A stretch of 64,000 nt of DNA from Bacteroidetes bacterium CG12_big_fil_rev_8_21_14_0_65_60_17 (GTDB lineage Bacteria; Bacteroidota; Rhodothermia; Rhodothermales; UBA10348), in the NCBI GenBank assembly GCA_002787815.1, contig PCUY01000057.1:69930-133929 (forward strand), read 5' to 3'. The notes below the pieces were generated by a model. It was not told the origin of the DNA. It saw only the letters and a list, made by a program, of their open reading frames with translations, and ran no database searches. The position numbers were made by a program, and so were the translations under genes. This document shows, piece by piece, positions 31,505-40,929 of this stretch; within the stretch, counting starts at the first letter, position 1, and every line of letters starts with the position of its first letter.

Positions 31505-34500
31505 TCACTCCGGTACGGATCCGGATTCCTGGAGCAGCTCGAAATAGCGGCGGATCAATTGCTGGTAGTCGTCCGCGTAACCTGATTCGAGGGCACGGAT
31601 CAGATCCCGGCGTAGCCGTTCGGCCTGTTCCGAGGGTGACAGCTCGGCCGGACTGTCGCGAAGGATATCGTCGGCCGAACGTCCCTGTCGCTTGTTCTCA
31701 CGGCCTCTTTCCTGAAGCGACTGGGACGCCTGCAGAAGTCGCGTGAGGATCTCATTCTGTCGCTCAATGGTCCGCCGGTTGGCCCGGTTTTCTGACAGCT
31801 CCTCGATGGATTCCTGCATCTGTTCGGCAATGCGGTTCAGATCACCCAGCGCTTTGTTCCGGAGTTCACGGTTTCGGCTGAGCTGTCGCAACTGTTGTCG
31901 CATCTGTTCCTGTTGGGCGCCCAGCTGCCGCAGACGCTCCGTCATGTCCTGGGTGAGACGATTGCCCTGCATGTCGTTGAGCAGTTGCTGGATCTGCTCG
32001 TTGAGTTGTTGTTGCTGTTGTCCCATGTTCTGGAGTTGCTCCATCATCTGCTCCATGGACATATTGCTCTGACCCGCCCCGGACGCATTGTTCATCTGGT
32101 TCAGCAGATCACTGAGCAGTAGTGCCAGCTCGTTGAGGTGGGACATGGCTCCCTGTTGTCCGGTCGTGGCTCGTCTGGCTGTTCTCTCCGTCAGGGCATC
32201 GGTCGACTCACCCATGAGACGCAAAGCATTACCCGTTTCTTCCTGGATTACGCGCGACATCTGGGGGATTTCCCGGGAGAGCCGCTGCAGCGTATCGGCA
32301 ACAACCCCGAGGTTGTCGCTCAACTGAGCCTGCTGTCTGGCGGCGTCCCGCAACTTCGGAGAATCAGTGGCAAAGCCGTCGACGTCCTGCCGCAGGGCCT
32401 CCTGATCACGGGACAGTGTCAACACATCCTCCAGGACGGAGCGCACGCCGGCCAGGTTGATCTGCTGCTGTTGTCCGGCTGTATTCATCTGCAGCTGGGA
32501 AAGATCGCCTGAGAGTTGCTGCAGTTGCTGGGACATGTCCTGCTGCTCCTGCTGCGCTTTCTGTGGGTTGCCCGAACGCGTCTCTTCCGCATTCTCTCTC
32601 ATCTTTTCCGGCATTTTCTGGTCTTCGGTGTCCTCCACAAGATCCTGCATTTCCTGCTTGGGCTGGTTGCGCAACTCCTCCATGCGCTCCTGGATTTCCT
32701 GAAGCTTTTCCTGCAGGTTTTCCATTTCGTCTGCGGCCTGCTCCTGCTCATCGGCCAGCTGATCTTTACGGGCACTCTGCTCGTCGGTGGACTCCTCTTC
32801 CTTCAGCTTTCCTGTTTCCTCTGCCAACTGTTCTTCCGTCCTGGCCAGGTCATCGGCCCGTTTCTGAACCTCTTCCATGTCCTGTTGCACCCGGAAATTC
32901 TTGAACAGATCGAGCGTCCGTTCCAGTCGCTGCTGGTACTGGGTTTCAGAAAACTCGAACTTTTCCAGGGCTTCCTGCATCTGATTCGGGTTCATCTGCT
33001 TCAGGGATTCCTCCAGGTTCCTGAGCGATTCCATGAGTTCAGGAGAGCGGATTTCCTCAACGACCTCCTGTAGTTCCTTGAACGATTGCAGCGTTTCTTC
33101 CGAGACCAGGTCTTCACTGGCCATATCGTCTGCCATTTCCTGCATTTTTTCGGCCACATCGTCGATGGCCTTTTCCATTTCACGCTGTTGCTCCTGCAGT
33201 TTTTCCACGGCGCGCTCATCCTGGAAGTCAACTTCCGGATCACGGAGAAGCTCTTTACGCAGGGCATCAAAATCTTCCCTCGCTTTCCTGGCGCGCTCCA
33301 TGAGCTCGTCGAGACCTTCCTCTGCTTCGTCCTCCTTGGCATCGAGCGTTTCGTACCGCTCGGCGGCCGATGGTAGTCTCAATCGGTGTACACGGGACTG
33401 TGCAGCCTTGAAACCGGCCACCGAGTCGTTGTCCCGGACCTCGACATAGTATTCCACGACGTCGCCAGGGACCAGGTCCAGACCCGTCGTTTCAGCCACG
33501 TCCCAGTCGAAGGGTATTTCTTGGTCGAGTTGCAGTGTGCTGCCAAGCGGCAGCGAACGTACATCGAAGGTATCCGACACCTCTCCAAACCGACTCTCAG
33601 CGAGACGTGTGTGAAGGGTCAGGTCGTGGAATCCGTAATCGTCCGTAATGCCAATGAGCAGGAATGTTCTGAGATCGCCCGGAAGGTCAGACGTCAACTC
33701 GGGTTCAAGTATGGTCACATCTGGCACGAGATCCCGCGCGGCCGATATTCGGTATTCAATGGGTGAATTGTTCGGAATACCATCGGGAGACAACAGTTCG
33801 ATGTGCCACGTATCGTTTTTGGTTATCCTGAAACGGGCCGACAGAAGGGATCCGTCGATTTCGGCTTCAACACGACGGCTGGACTCGAACACCAGACTGG
33901 CCTGCTCCACCCGGACGCCGGCCGTCCGTACACGAACACGCACCTCCGTTCCCGTCAGCGCGGACACATCGCCTACGTTGTTGTCGAGGGAGCGCTGTGG
34001 CAGTCGGGTATACCGGGGATGAACAAGGTCAACGTTGAGTTGGGACACGATGGGGCGATTCAGCAACGACACGGTATACCAGGGACTTGAAACGCTCCCG
34101 GCAACAATGCGATACCGAAATTCCCGCTTTACATCGGTGATGGATACATACCACGAACCGGGATCGGCCGCGGCGGACATGTCGGACATCTGGGCACGGT
34201 TTTCACCGGTTTGCATGGTCTCCAACCCGGGACGTACACCGTCTGGTGCTCCCGACAATACGGCCCTTGCTTCGAACGTGGCACCAGCAATCAATTCCGT
34301 GGAACCCGGCTCAACCGCTATCTGAAACGGTGCAGGTCGCGAAAACGATGTAGCTGGCCGTGCAAGTCGCTCTCCCGCGTCGGTTATCCAGCCGGGAGCC
34401 GCAAATGCCAGTATGGCAAGAACGACGACGGGCAGTGACAATAACCGTGCGGGGAGCACTACGACCCGCCACGGGGCGATACGTGCCACGGCTGTTTCCG

Positions 34501-34948
34501 GGATAGGTTCAGCCAGGCTTGCCACCGCGCGGTCCATGACATCCGGTGGCGCATCCGAATGGCGTCCCGTAACGAGATGCAGCAGGTTGATGAGCCGATC
34601 GGAGATGCTTTCGTTGGCACGACCGAGCAGGCGCGCCACATCCTGGTCGCTCAGTCCCGGGAGCCACCCCAGTCCCTGAAGGAGGGGGCGAACAAGCCAC
34701 CAGATGGCGGCGGCAACAAGTACCACAAAGAACATCGTGGCGAGTACCATCCGCACGCCGGGCGGCGTCCACAACCATGCCTCGAGTGCAACAAAAACGA
34801 GGGCCAGCGACAGGACGATGGTCAATGTCAAAAGCCCACCCCGGGTCAGGTTCACAGCCACCATGCGTCGGCGGGCGCGCGCGAGGCTGTGACGGATGTT
34901 TTCTACGAGTTGGCGTGTCTGATTGCTCATGAAACCGGTGTACCCCAT
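31505..34948 (-). CDS. large membrane-anchored protein with a Gln/Glu-rich coiled-coil C-terminal half (DUF4175-like architecture)
   Basis: 1147 aa. It has 2-3 N-terminal TM helices (LLTLTIVLSLALVFVALEAWLW, MVLATMFFVVLVAAAIWWLV, LLSLPVVVLAILAFAAPGWI), a beta-rich middle, and ~600 aa of E/Q/L/R-rich heptad-like sequence. The C-terminus is YADDYQQLIRRYFELL. Confidence 0.7.
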   Translation of the reverse strand: MGYTGFMSNQTRQLVENIRHSLARARRRMVAVNLTRGGLLTLTIVLSLALVFVALEAWLWTPPGVRMVLATMFFVVLVAAAIWWLVRPLLQGLGWLPGLSDQDVARLLGRANESISDRLINLLHLVTGRHSDAPPDVMDRAVASLAEPIPETAVARIAPWRVVVLPARLLSLPVVVLAILAFAAPGWITDAGERLARPATSFSRPAPFQIAVEPGSTELIAGATFEARAVLSGAPDGVRPGLETMQTGENRAQMSDMSAAADPGSWYVSITDVKREFRYRIVAGSVSSPWYTVSLLNRPIVSQLNVDLVHPRYTRLPQRSLDNNVGDVSALTGTEVRVRVRTAGVRVEQASLVFESSRRVEAEIDGSLLSARFRITKNDTWHIELLSPDGIPNNSPIEYRISAARDLVPDVTILEPELTSDLPGDLRTFLLIGITDDYGFHDLTLHTRLAESRFGEVSDTFDVRSLPLGSTLQLDQEIPFDWDVAETTGLDLVPGDVVEYYVEVRDNDSVAGFKAAQSRVHRLRLPSAAERYETLDAKEDEAEEGLDELMERARKAREDFDALRKELLRDPEVDFQDERAVEKLQEQQREMEKAIDDVAEKMQEMADDMASEDLVSEETLQSFKELQEVVEEIRSPELMESLRNLEESLKQMNPNQMQEALEKFEFSETQYQQRLERTLDLFKNFRVQQDMEEVQKRADDLARTEEQLAEETGKLKEEESTDEQSARKDQLADEQEQAADEMENLQEKLQEIQERMEELRNQPKQEMQDLVEDTEDQKMPEKMRENAEETRSGNPQKAQQEQQDMSQQLQQLSGDLSQLQMNTAGQQQQINLAGVRSVLEDVLTLSRDQEALRQDVDGFATDSPKLRDAARQQAQLSDNLGVVADTLQRLSREIPQMSRVIQEETGNALRLMGESTDALTERTARRATTGQQGAMSHLNELALLLSDLLNQMNNASGAGQSNMSMEQMMEQLQNMGQQQQQLNEQIQQLLNDMQGNRLTQDMTERLRQLGAQQEQMRQQLRQLSRNRELRNKALGDLNRIAEQMQESIEELSENRANRRTIERQNEILTRLLQASQSLQERGRENKRQGRSADDILRDSPAELSPSEQAERLRRDLIRALESGYADDYQQLIRRYFELLQESGSVPE

Positions 34949-35028
34949 GGGTAATCATGGTGTTTCAACGTTTCATTATTTGCACGGCTTCTCCGGGAGC
35001 AGTAGGTTGATCAAAACTCCGGAGGAAC

Positions 35029-36309
35029 ATGCCCTACAACCCCAAAAAAACAATTGCCATGGTGCTCGGTGGAGGTGCAGGTACGCGCCTTTTTCCGCTG
35101 ACCAATCGCCGCTCAAAGCCCGCTGTACCTCTGGCCGGGAAGTACAGGCTCATAGATATACCGGTATCGAACTGTATCAACTCGGACATCAACAAGATTT
35201 TTGTCCTTACGCAATACAATTCCGCGAGTCTGAACCGGCATCTGACGCAGACCTACCGATTCGATGCATTCCGGGACGGGTTCGTGAACATCCTGGCCGC
35301 GGAGCAGACTCCGGAGTCGAAGGAATGGTTCCAGGGAACGGCCGATGCCGTGCGTCAGAGTGTCAAGCACCTGGAATCCTATCAGTATGAGCACATCCTT
35401 ATTCTGTCCGGAGACCAGTTGTATTCCATGGATTATCGGGACATTCTGTCGGCGCACGTCAGGAAAAATGCCGATATCAGCATTGCCACCATACCTGTGC
35501 ACGCCGATCATGCTCCTGGCCTCGGTATTCTGAAAACCGACAAAGACGAACGGATTACCCATTTCCATGAGAAGCCGGGTGCAGATGAGCTGGAAGGAAA
35601 GGAAAGCCCGGTGAGTCCGGAGATGGAACGATCCGGTCGCACATTCCTGGCGTCCATGGGAATCTATGTATTCTCCCGTGGAGTGCTCCTTGACCTTCTC
35701 GATGAGTCTCCCGGAGCGCACGATTTCGGAAAGGAGATTATTCCTGGTGCCCTTTCAGGAAGAATTGTCGTTTCGTATCCATTCGAAGGATACTGGAGCG
35801 ACATCGGGACCATCCGTTCCTTCTTCGATGCCAATCTGATGCTTGCGCACAGCAAGCCGGAGTTCGACATGTACAATCCGGAGATGCCGCTGTATACGAA
35901 TGCGCGTATGCTGCCACCGGCCAAGATCCAGAACTCGTTCGTGGAGAACTCACTCATTGCGGAAGCATCGGTCGTTCTGAACGCAAAAATCTCCAACTGC
36001 GTGATCGGTCTGAGGTCCTATGTCGGAAACAACGTGTCCCTGATGAATACCGTCATGTTGGGCTCGGACTATTACCACTGGCAGGATGCGTCGTATCGCC
36101 CATTGAAAAAAGGGCCTGAAAAACCTGGAATAGGAAACGACACAGTTGTGGAAGGTGCCATCATAGATCGAAACGCGTGCATAGGCGAGCGGTGTGTTAT
36201 CCGTAACAGCGAGGGACGTGAGACGGTAGATGCAGAGAATTACTATATCCGGGAGGGAATCATCGTGATTCCGAAGGATGCCCACATTCCGGATGGCACG
36301 ATCATCTGA
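35029..36309 (+). CDS. glgC: glucose-1-phosphate adenylyltransferase
   Basis: 426 aa. LGGGAGTRLFPLTNRRSKPAVPLAGKYRLIDIPVSNCINS, WFQGTADAV, ILSGDQLYSMDY, and a C-terminal left-handed beta-helix region. Confidence 0.9.
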   Translation: MPYNPKKTIAMVLGGGAGTRLFPLTNRRSKPAVPLAGKYRLIDIPVSNCINSDINKIFVLTQYNSASLNRHLTQTYRFDAFRDGFVNILAAEQTPESKEWFQGTADAVRQSVKHLESYQYEHILILSGDQLYSMDYRDILSAHVRKNADISIATIPVHADHAPGLGILKTDKDERITHFHEKPGADELEGKESPVSPEMERSGRTFLASMGIYVFSRGVLLDLLDESPGAHDFGKEIIPGALSGRIVVSYPFEGYWSDIGTIRSFFDANLMLAHSKPEFDMYNPEMPLYTNARMLPPAKIQNSFVENSLIAEASVVLNAKISNCVIGLRSYVGNNVSLMNTVMLGSDYYHWQDASYRPLKKGPEKPGIGNDTVVEGAIIDRNACIGERCVIRNSEGRETVDAENYYIREGIIVIPKDAHIPDGTII

Positions 36310-37477
36310 CGCTGTCCCTCTGCGACCTGTAGCTGTTGGCAACGGGTCTTTCGCTGAAAAGGGGGCGCGTCTTCGACCACGTGGCCTTGAAAAAACCGGA
36401 TGCCCTGTAGGCTTCCAGGGCGCTATCCGATGTCCAGGTCGAGAGCGTTGTAAATACGTTGGGCTGTTCCACGTCTTCCAGTAGCAGAAGGGTCTCACAT
36501 CCCGGGAAGGACTCAATGTGGGGTCTGGCGTCCTCGAACAGGCGAAGGAATGTGTCCACATGCTCACTTTTGAAGCTCATTCGGACCGTGCGGTAAAGTC
36601 GATGAGACGCCGCGACCGGGGCCGATGGGGAAGTCGGTGTCCGTCCCGGTTCGGGGGCCCGTTCCCGGACGGCCGGCCTCAGCTGCGCGGCCAGCTCCGA
36701 TGCAACGCGTGCTGCTGCCTCGACGAAATCTTCTCCGTGTGACGCATAGAGAATGGAGCGGCTGCTGTTGACAAGAACAGGTCCTCCCGCCGCCGCAGCC
36801 ATGACGTCCCGGGCATTTCCGCCCTGCTGACCCACGCCGGGGACAAGGAAAGGAATGGATGGATGCGCGGCACGCAGCCTGGTCATTGCGCTGAGGTCGG
36901 TAGCGCCCACAACAAATCCGGTTTCCGCCGGCAGGGACTCGCCCCATGACACGACCTGCCTGGCGACCTGTTCAAAAAGCGGTACTCCGTTCGCATTGAG
37001 CAGCTGCAGATCGTTGCCTCCCGGGTTGCTCGTGCGCACGAGCACAAAGGCACACGTTCCCGGCCGCGTCAGAAATGGTTGTACGGCATCCCGACCCATA
37101 TAGGGCGCGACCGTGACAGCATCGAAATGGAGATGATCGAATATGGATTGCGCATAGAAGGATGCAGAATTGCCAATGTCACCTCGCTTTGCGTCTGCAA
37201 TGGTCAGTGCATGTTTTTGTGCGAAGGGGACGAGTTCGCCGAGCAACTGTATGCCTGCACTTCCGAGTGCTTCGAAAAAGGCAAAATTGAACTTGTAGGC
37301 ACACGCGGAGGAGGCTGTAGAGTCGATTATGCCAGTGCAGAAAGCGCGCGTGGCCGAGATCCGGTTGTCGCCGAGGTGAGGCGGGAGTCGGTTGAAATCG
37401 GGATCAATCCCGACACACAGATGGGACTGCTTCTGGTTCTGGACGGCGGCAAGCCGCTGGGAAAAGGAGGTGTTCAC
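36302..37477 (-). CDS. pyrF: orotidine-5'-phosphate decarboxylase (type 2) fused to a C-terminal ABM (antibiotic-biosynthesis-monooxygenase-like) domain
   Basis: 391 aa. LCVGIDPD, ADAKRGDIGNSA and VAPYMG are type-2 PyrF motifs within aa 1-265. A Pro/Ala-rich linker spans aa 266-291. Then LYRTVRMSFKSEHVDTFLRLFE...VFTTLSTWTSDSALEAYRAS (ABM ferredoxin-like pattern). The 3' end overlaps the glgC 3' end by 8 nt. Confidence 0.85.
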   Translation of the reverse strand: MNTSFSQRLAAVQNQKQSHLCVGIDPDFNRLPPHLGDNRISATRAFCTGIIDSTASSACAYKFNFAFFEALGSAGIQLLGELVPFAQKHALTIADAKRGDIGNSASFYAQSIFDHLHFDAVTVAPYMGRDAVQPFLTRPGTCAFVLVRTSNPGGNDLQLLNANGVPLFEQVARQVVSWGESLPAETGFVVGATDLSAMTRLRAAHPSIPFLVPGVGQQGGNARDVMAAAAGGPVLVNSSRSILYASHGEDFVEAAARVASELAAQLRPAVRERAPEPGRTPTSPSAPVAASHRLYRTVRMSFKSEHVDTFLRLFEDARPHIESFPGCETLLLLEDVEQPNVFTTLSTWTSDSALEAYRASGFFKATWSKTRPLFSERPVANSYRSQRDSVR

Positions 37478-37646
37478 AGAGAATTAATGTCTGGATGCGG
37501 TGCCCATAAACGGGCTGGAATTGCTCGTGGCAACGGAAAATACTCGTCAGAAACTTAACGGTGTACACCAGCCTCCATTTGCTACAGGAACCGTTTTTGT
37601 CTGTCGGGTATTGGACGTGATGTACTGTCGCACTTAGCATTGGAGA

Positions 37647-39647
37647 ATGACCATGGGCCTCGACACGATGAAACTCAAGAACGTTTCGGAAAAAGACCAG
37701 AAGATGATTCAGGACATCGACCGTATGCTCGGTCCGGAACCTGATGAACTGGGTTTTGCGAAGAATCTCTTCTGGGGCCGGTTCCGCTCCGACTCGGTTT
37801 TCCCGTATCCCATGGAATCGGAAGAGGAGCGCAAGCGCTGCGACACGCTGCTCGTCGAACTGGAGGACTACCTCAAGAATGAACACCCCGCTGTTGAAAT
37901 AGACCAGAAGCAGTACATCCCGGAGTGGGTCATTCGGAAGCTGTTCGACATGGGGGTCATGGGACTGACCGTACCCACGGAATACGGTGGTCTGGGAATG
38001 GGAATTACGAGCTATAACCGGGTCCTGGAAAAAATAGGCTCCTATTGCGGTTCGACGGGTGTCATGGTGTCCGCACATCAGTCCATCGGGTGCAAGGCGA
38101 TCATGCTCTTCGGTTCAAAGGAGCAGAAAGATATGTATCTGCCAAAGGTGGCCAGTGAATACCTGTCGGCGTTCTGCCTGTCGGAACCGAATGTCGGCTC
38201 CGATGCCGCCAACCAGGAAACGCGGTGCGAGCTTACAGATGACGGCAAATACTTCATACTGAACGGTGAGAAGAAGTGGAGCACCTCGGGCGCGCTGTCC
38301 GGTGTGTTCACCGTCATGGCGAAGCAGCGTCTGGTGATCAAGGGCAAAGAGCGTGATGCGGTAACGGCCCTGATTCTGACACCGGACCAGGAAGGTGTGG
38401 ATATTTTTGAGAAAAATCGCTCCAAGACGGGAATTCGCGGTACGTGGCAGGCGCGCATCCGCTTCACGGACGTTCGCGTGCCACGAGAGAACGTATTGCA
38501 CGAAGAGGGCCGGGGCCTCCAGGTGGCCCTTACCTGTCTGAATTTCGGTAGATGCACACTGTCTGCCGGGATCACGGGGGCTGCCCGTCGGGGCGCAGAG
38601 CAGGCCACCAAGTGGGTGCAGACCCGGTATCAGTTTGATCGTCCGTTGATCGAATTTGAGCTTGTCCGGCAACGTGTTGCGCGAATGCATGCGTATGTCT
38701 ACGCGGCCGATGCCGTGTTGTATATGATGACCGGTATGTTGGACCGGGGTGACAAGGATATCATGGTGGAGACGGCCATGACCAAGGTATTCTGTTCACA
38801 ACTTGGTTGGGAAGTCCTTGACGATGCCATGGAAATCATGGGTGGTGAAGGGTACATGACCGAAAATGAACTCGAGCGCGCTTGGCGCGACAACCGGATC
38901 CACCGCATTGTGGAGGGCTCCAACGAGGTCATGCAACCGTTCATTTTCGCCTACGGAGGCAAACAGCTTGCCGAACATATGTTGGGCATCCGGGAGGCCT
39001 TGGGCTGGGATGCCGACGCAGGCATGTTCTCCAACGTCGCGCGGTTCATGCGCAATGCCGCAAACCCCCGAATCGTCTCACGGGCCATTCCACTCGCGGC
39101 AGAGCTTTTCCTCGGCTGGAAACGATCGGCTCCTGATGTGTCAGACGTGGACGACCGACTGAAGCCCTACGCGGATCGACTTGGACAACTTGTTGCCGAC
39201 CATGCCCGCATGTTCAAGTTGGCCAGTAAATGGCATGAAAATGACATTGTAACCCACCAGGCAACGCAGGCCCGGCTCGCGGACTCCGGAATCTACCTGT
39301 TCGTCATGTCGTCCGTGTTGTCCAAACGGGACCTGCAGCTCAGAACGATGACCGGAGCCGACCTGGAGCGCCAGGGCAAGCTCTTTGAACACGCCGTGGA
39401 CCTGCTGGAACTCCGCGTCAAGAATGCGCTGCACGCCGTGCGAGCGAACGCTGATCCGTCCATGCGCAGGGCGGCAACCGCCGCGGCGGAGATCGTGGAT
39501 GAGCTTCCGAACAGCGACTACTACATTCACCAGGCGTCTCCTACGGCTGCTGGTCAGGGCCGGAAGCTCAGACTGGAGCACATTGAGCAGTTTCCCGGTG
39601 ACGGCCAGGCCGTTGAGCAGGAAATCGAGGAAATTACGGGCCTATAG
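37647..39647 (+). CDS. long acyl-CoA dehydrogenase with a C-terminal helical extension (VLCAD/ACAD9-like layout)
   Basis: 666 aa. FCLSEPNVGSDAANQET, GEKKWSTSG, IMGGEGYMTENELERAWRDNRIHRIVEGSNEVM. About 220 aa follow the ACAD core. Confidence 0.85.
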   Translation: MTMGLDTMKLKNVSEKDQKMIQDIDRMLGPEPDELGFAKNLFWGRFRSDSVFPYPMESEEERKRCDTLLVELEDYLKNEHPAVEIDQKQYIPEWVIRKLFDMGVMGLTVPTEYGGLGMGITSYNRVLEKIGSYCGSTGVMVSAHQSIGCKAIMLFGSKEQKDMYLPKVASEYLSAFCLSEPNVGSDAANQETRCELTDDGKYFILNGEKKWSTSGALSGVFTVMAKQRLVIKGKERDAVTALILTPDQEGVDIFEKNRSKTGIRGTWQARIRFTDVRVPRENVLHEEGRGLQVALTCLNFGRCTLSAGITGAARRGAEQATKWVQTRYQFDRPLIEFELVRQRVARMHAYVYAADAVLYMMTGMLDRGDKDIMVETAMTKVFCSQLGWEVLDDAMEIMGGEGYMTENELERAWRDNRIHRIVEGSNEVMQPFIFAYGGKQLAEHMLGIREALGWDADAGMFSNVARFMRNAANPRIVSRAIPLAAELFLGWKRSAPDVSDVDDRLKPYADRLGQLVADHARMFKLASKWHENDIVTHQATQARLADSGIYLFVMSSVLSKRDLQLRTMTGADLERQGKLFEHAVDLLELRVKNALHAVRANADPSMRRAATAAAEIVDELPNSDYYIHQASPTAAGQGRKLRLEHIEQFPGDGQAVEQEIEEITGL

Positions 39648-40914
39648 TGTCAAATCCGGTCCACGGATGAAGCGCGGCCGGCAGAACGATGGAGCCATCG
39701 GCCTGTTGACCGTGCTCCAGGAGTGCTGCCACAATGCGGGGAAGTGCGAGGCCACTTCCATTGAGCGTATGCAGGACCACGGGTTTTCCGCCGCCATCCG
39801 GCCTGTACCGGATGTTCATGCGTCGAGCCTGGAAGGATTCGAAATTGGAAATGCTCGATACTTCGAGCCACTGCTCCTGGCCCGGGCTCCAGACTTCCAG
39901 GTCGTATTTCTTGGCCTGTGTGAAGCCCATGTCTCCCGTTGACATGAGCAGCCGCCGGTATGGAAGTTCCAGGGCGACCAGCAGCGCTTCGGCGTCCTCA
40001 CGAAGCGCCTCCAGTGCGTCGTAACTCCGTTCGGGATGAACGAATTGCACCAGTTCGACCTTGTCGAACTGGTGCAATCTGTTCAACCCCCTTACAATTT
40101 TCCCGTGTGACCCCGCCTCGCGTCGAAAACACGGGGTGTACGCGCAGTACTTCAGTGGTAACTCCTCTTCGGGGATTATTTCATCCCGGTGAAGATTCGT
40201 AACGGGTACCTCAGCCGTCGGAATCAGATACAGACCGTCCCGTTTGGCCTCATACATGAGGTCCTCCTTGTCGGGTAGCTGGCCTGTACCCCGTGCGGAA
40301 TCTTCGTTGATGACAAGAGGGGGCTGGATTTCCGTGTAGCCGCGCCTGGTCGCCGTGTCCAGGAAAAACTGGACCAGGCTCCGCTGTAGCCGTGCGCCCT
40401 GGCCGCGATAGAATGGAAATCCGGCGCCTGATACTTTGGCTCCGCGGTCAAAATCAACGAGTGCATGTTGTTCGATCAAGTCCCAGTGGGCGCGGGGAGT
40501 GAAAGAAAAAGAGGGGTGCTTTCCCCACTCATGTACCACCTGGTTGTCTTCTTCCGTCCTGCCCACCGGGACTGTTGGGTGGGGGATATTTGGTATCTCA
40601 TATAGGAGCCCGTTAAGATTTGCGTGCAGGGAGCGTTCTCTGCTCTCAAGTTCCGCCAGGCGCGATTTCATCTCTGTATTGCGGGCAATCAGTTTCTGTG
40701 CAGCATCACGCTGGCCGGACTTCATGAGAGCACCAATCTGCTGCGCCGACGCATTCGCCTCGGTTTTCAGTTCCTGGTGTTCGGTTACAGCCTGTCGCCA
40801 TGAGTGGTCGAGCTCCAGGATGCGGTCGACGAGATCGGGAGATCCCGTGCGCTTCTTGTCGATGGCTTCCTTGACGACGGCAGGGTTATCGCGTATGAAT
40901 TGGATGTCAAGCAT
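39634..40914 (-). CDS. serS: seryl-tRNA synthetase
   Basis: 426 aa. MLDIQFIRDNPAVVKEAI begins an N-terminal coiled-coil arm. Class II motifs FRREAGSHG..RGLNRLHQFDKVE and TLNGSGLALPR. Confidence 0.95.
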   Translation of the reverse strand: MLDIQFIRDNPAVVKEAIDKKRTGSPDLVDRILELDHSWRQAVTEHQELKTEANASAQQIGALMKSGQRDAAQKLIARNTEMKSRLAELESRERSLHANLNGLLYEIPNIPHPTVPVGRTEEDNQVVHEWGKHPSFSFTPRAHWDLIEQHALVDFDRGAKVSGAGFPFYRGQGARLQRSLVQFFLDTATRRGYTEIQPPLVINEDSARGTGQLPDKEDLMYEAKRDGLYLIPTAEVPVTNLHRDEIIPEEELPLKYCAYTPCFRREAGSHGKIVRGLNRLHQFDKVELVQFVHPERSYDALEALREDAEALLVALELPYRRLLMSTGDMGFTQAKKYDLEVWSPGQEQWLEVSSISNFESFQARRMNIRYRPDGGGKPVVLHTLNGSGLALPRIVAALLEHGQQADGSIVLPAALHPWTGFDTIGP

Positions 40915-40929
40915 GTAGAAAGGGAGATT

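Noticed and set aside
31700-33400. Highly repetitive-looking region with many short ORFs in all frames; checked for tandem DNA repeats or a CRISPR-like array.
   Set aside because: There is no regular repeat/spacer periodicity. The pattern is explained by Gln/Glu/Leu-rich coiled-coil coding sequence within one continuous 1147-aa ORF.
37560-37569. Perfect 10-bp palindrome GGTGTACACC in the divergent pyrF / acyl-CoA dehydrogenase intergenic region; considered as a repressor operator.
   Set aside because: Perfect 10-bp palindromes are expected by chance dozens of times in 64 kb. There is no second copy or flanking half-site, so I do not call it a regulatory site.
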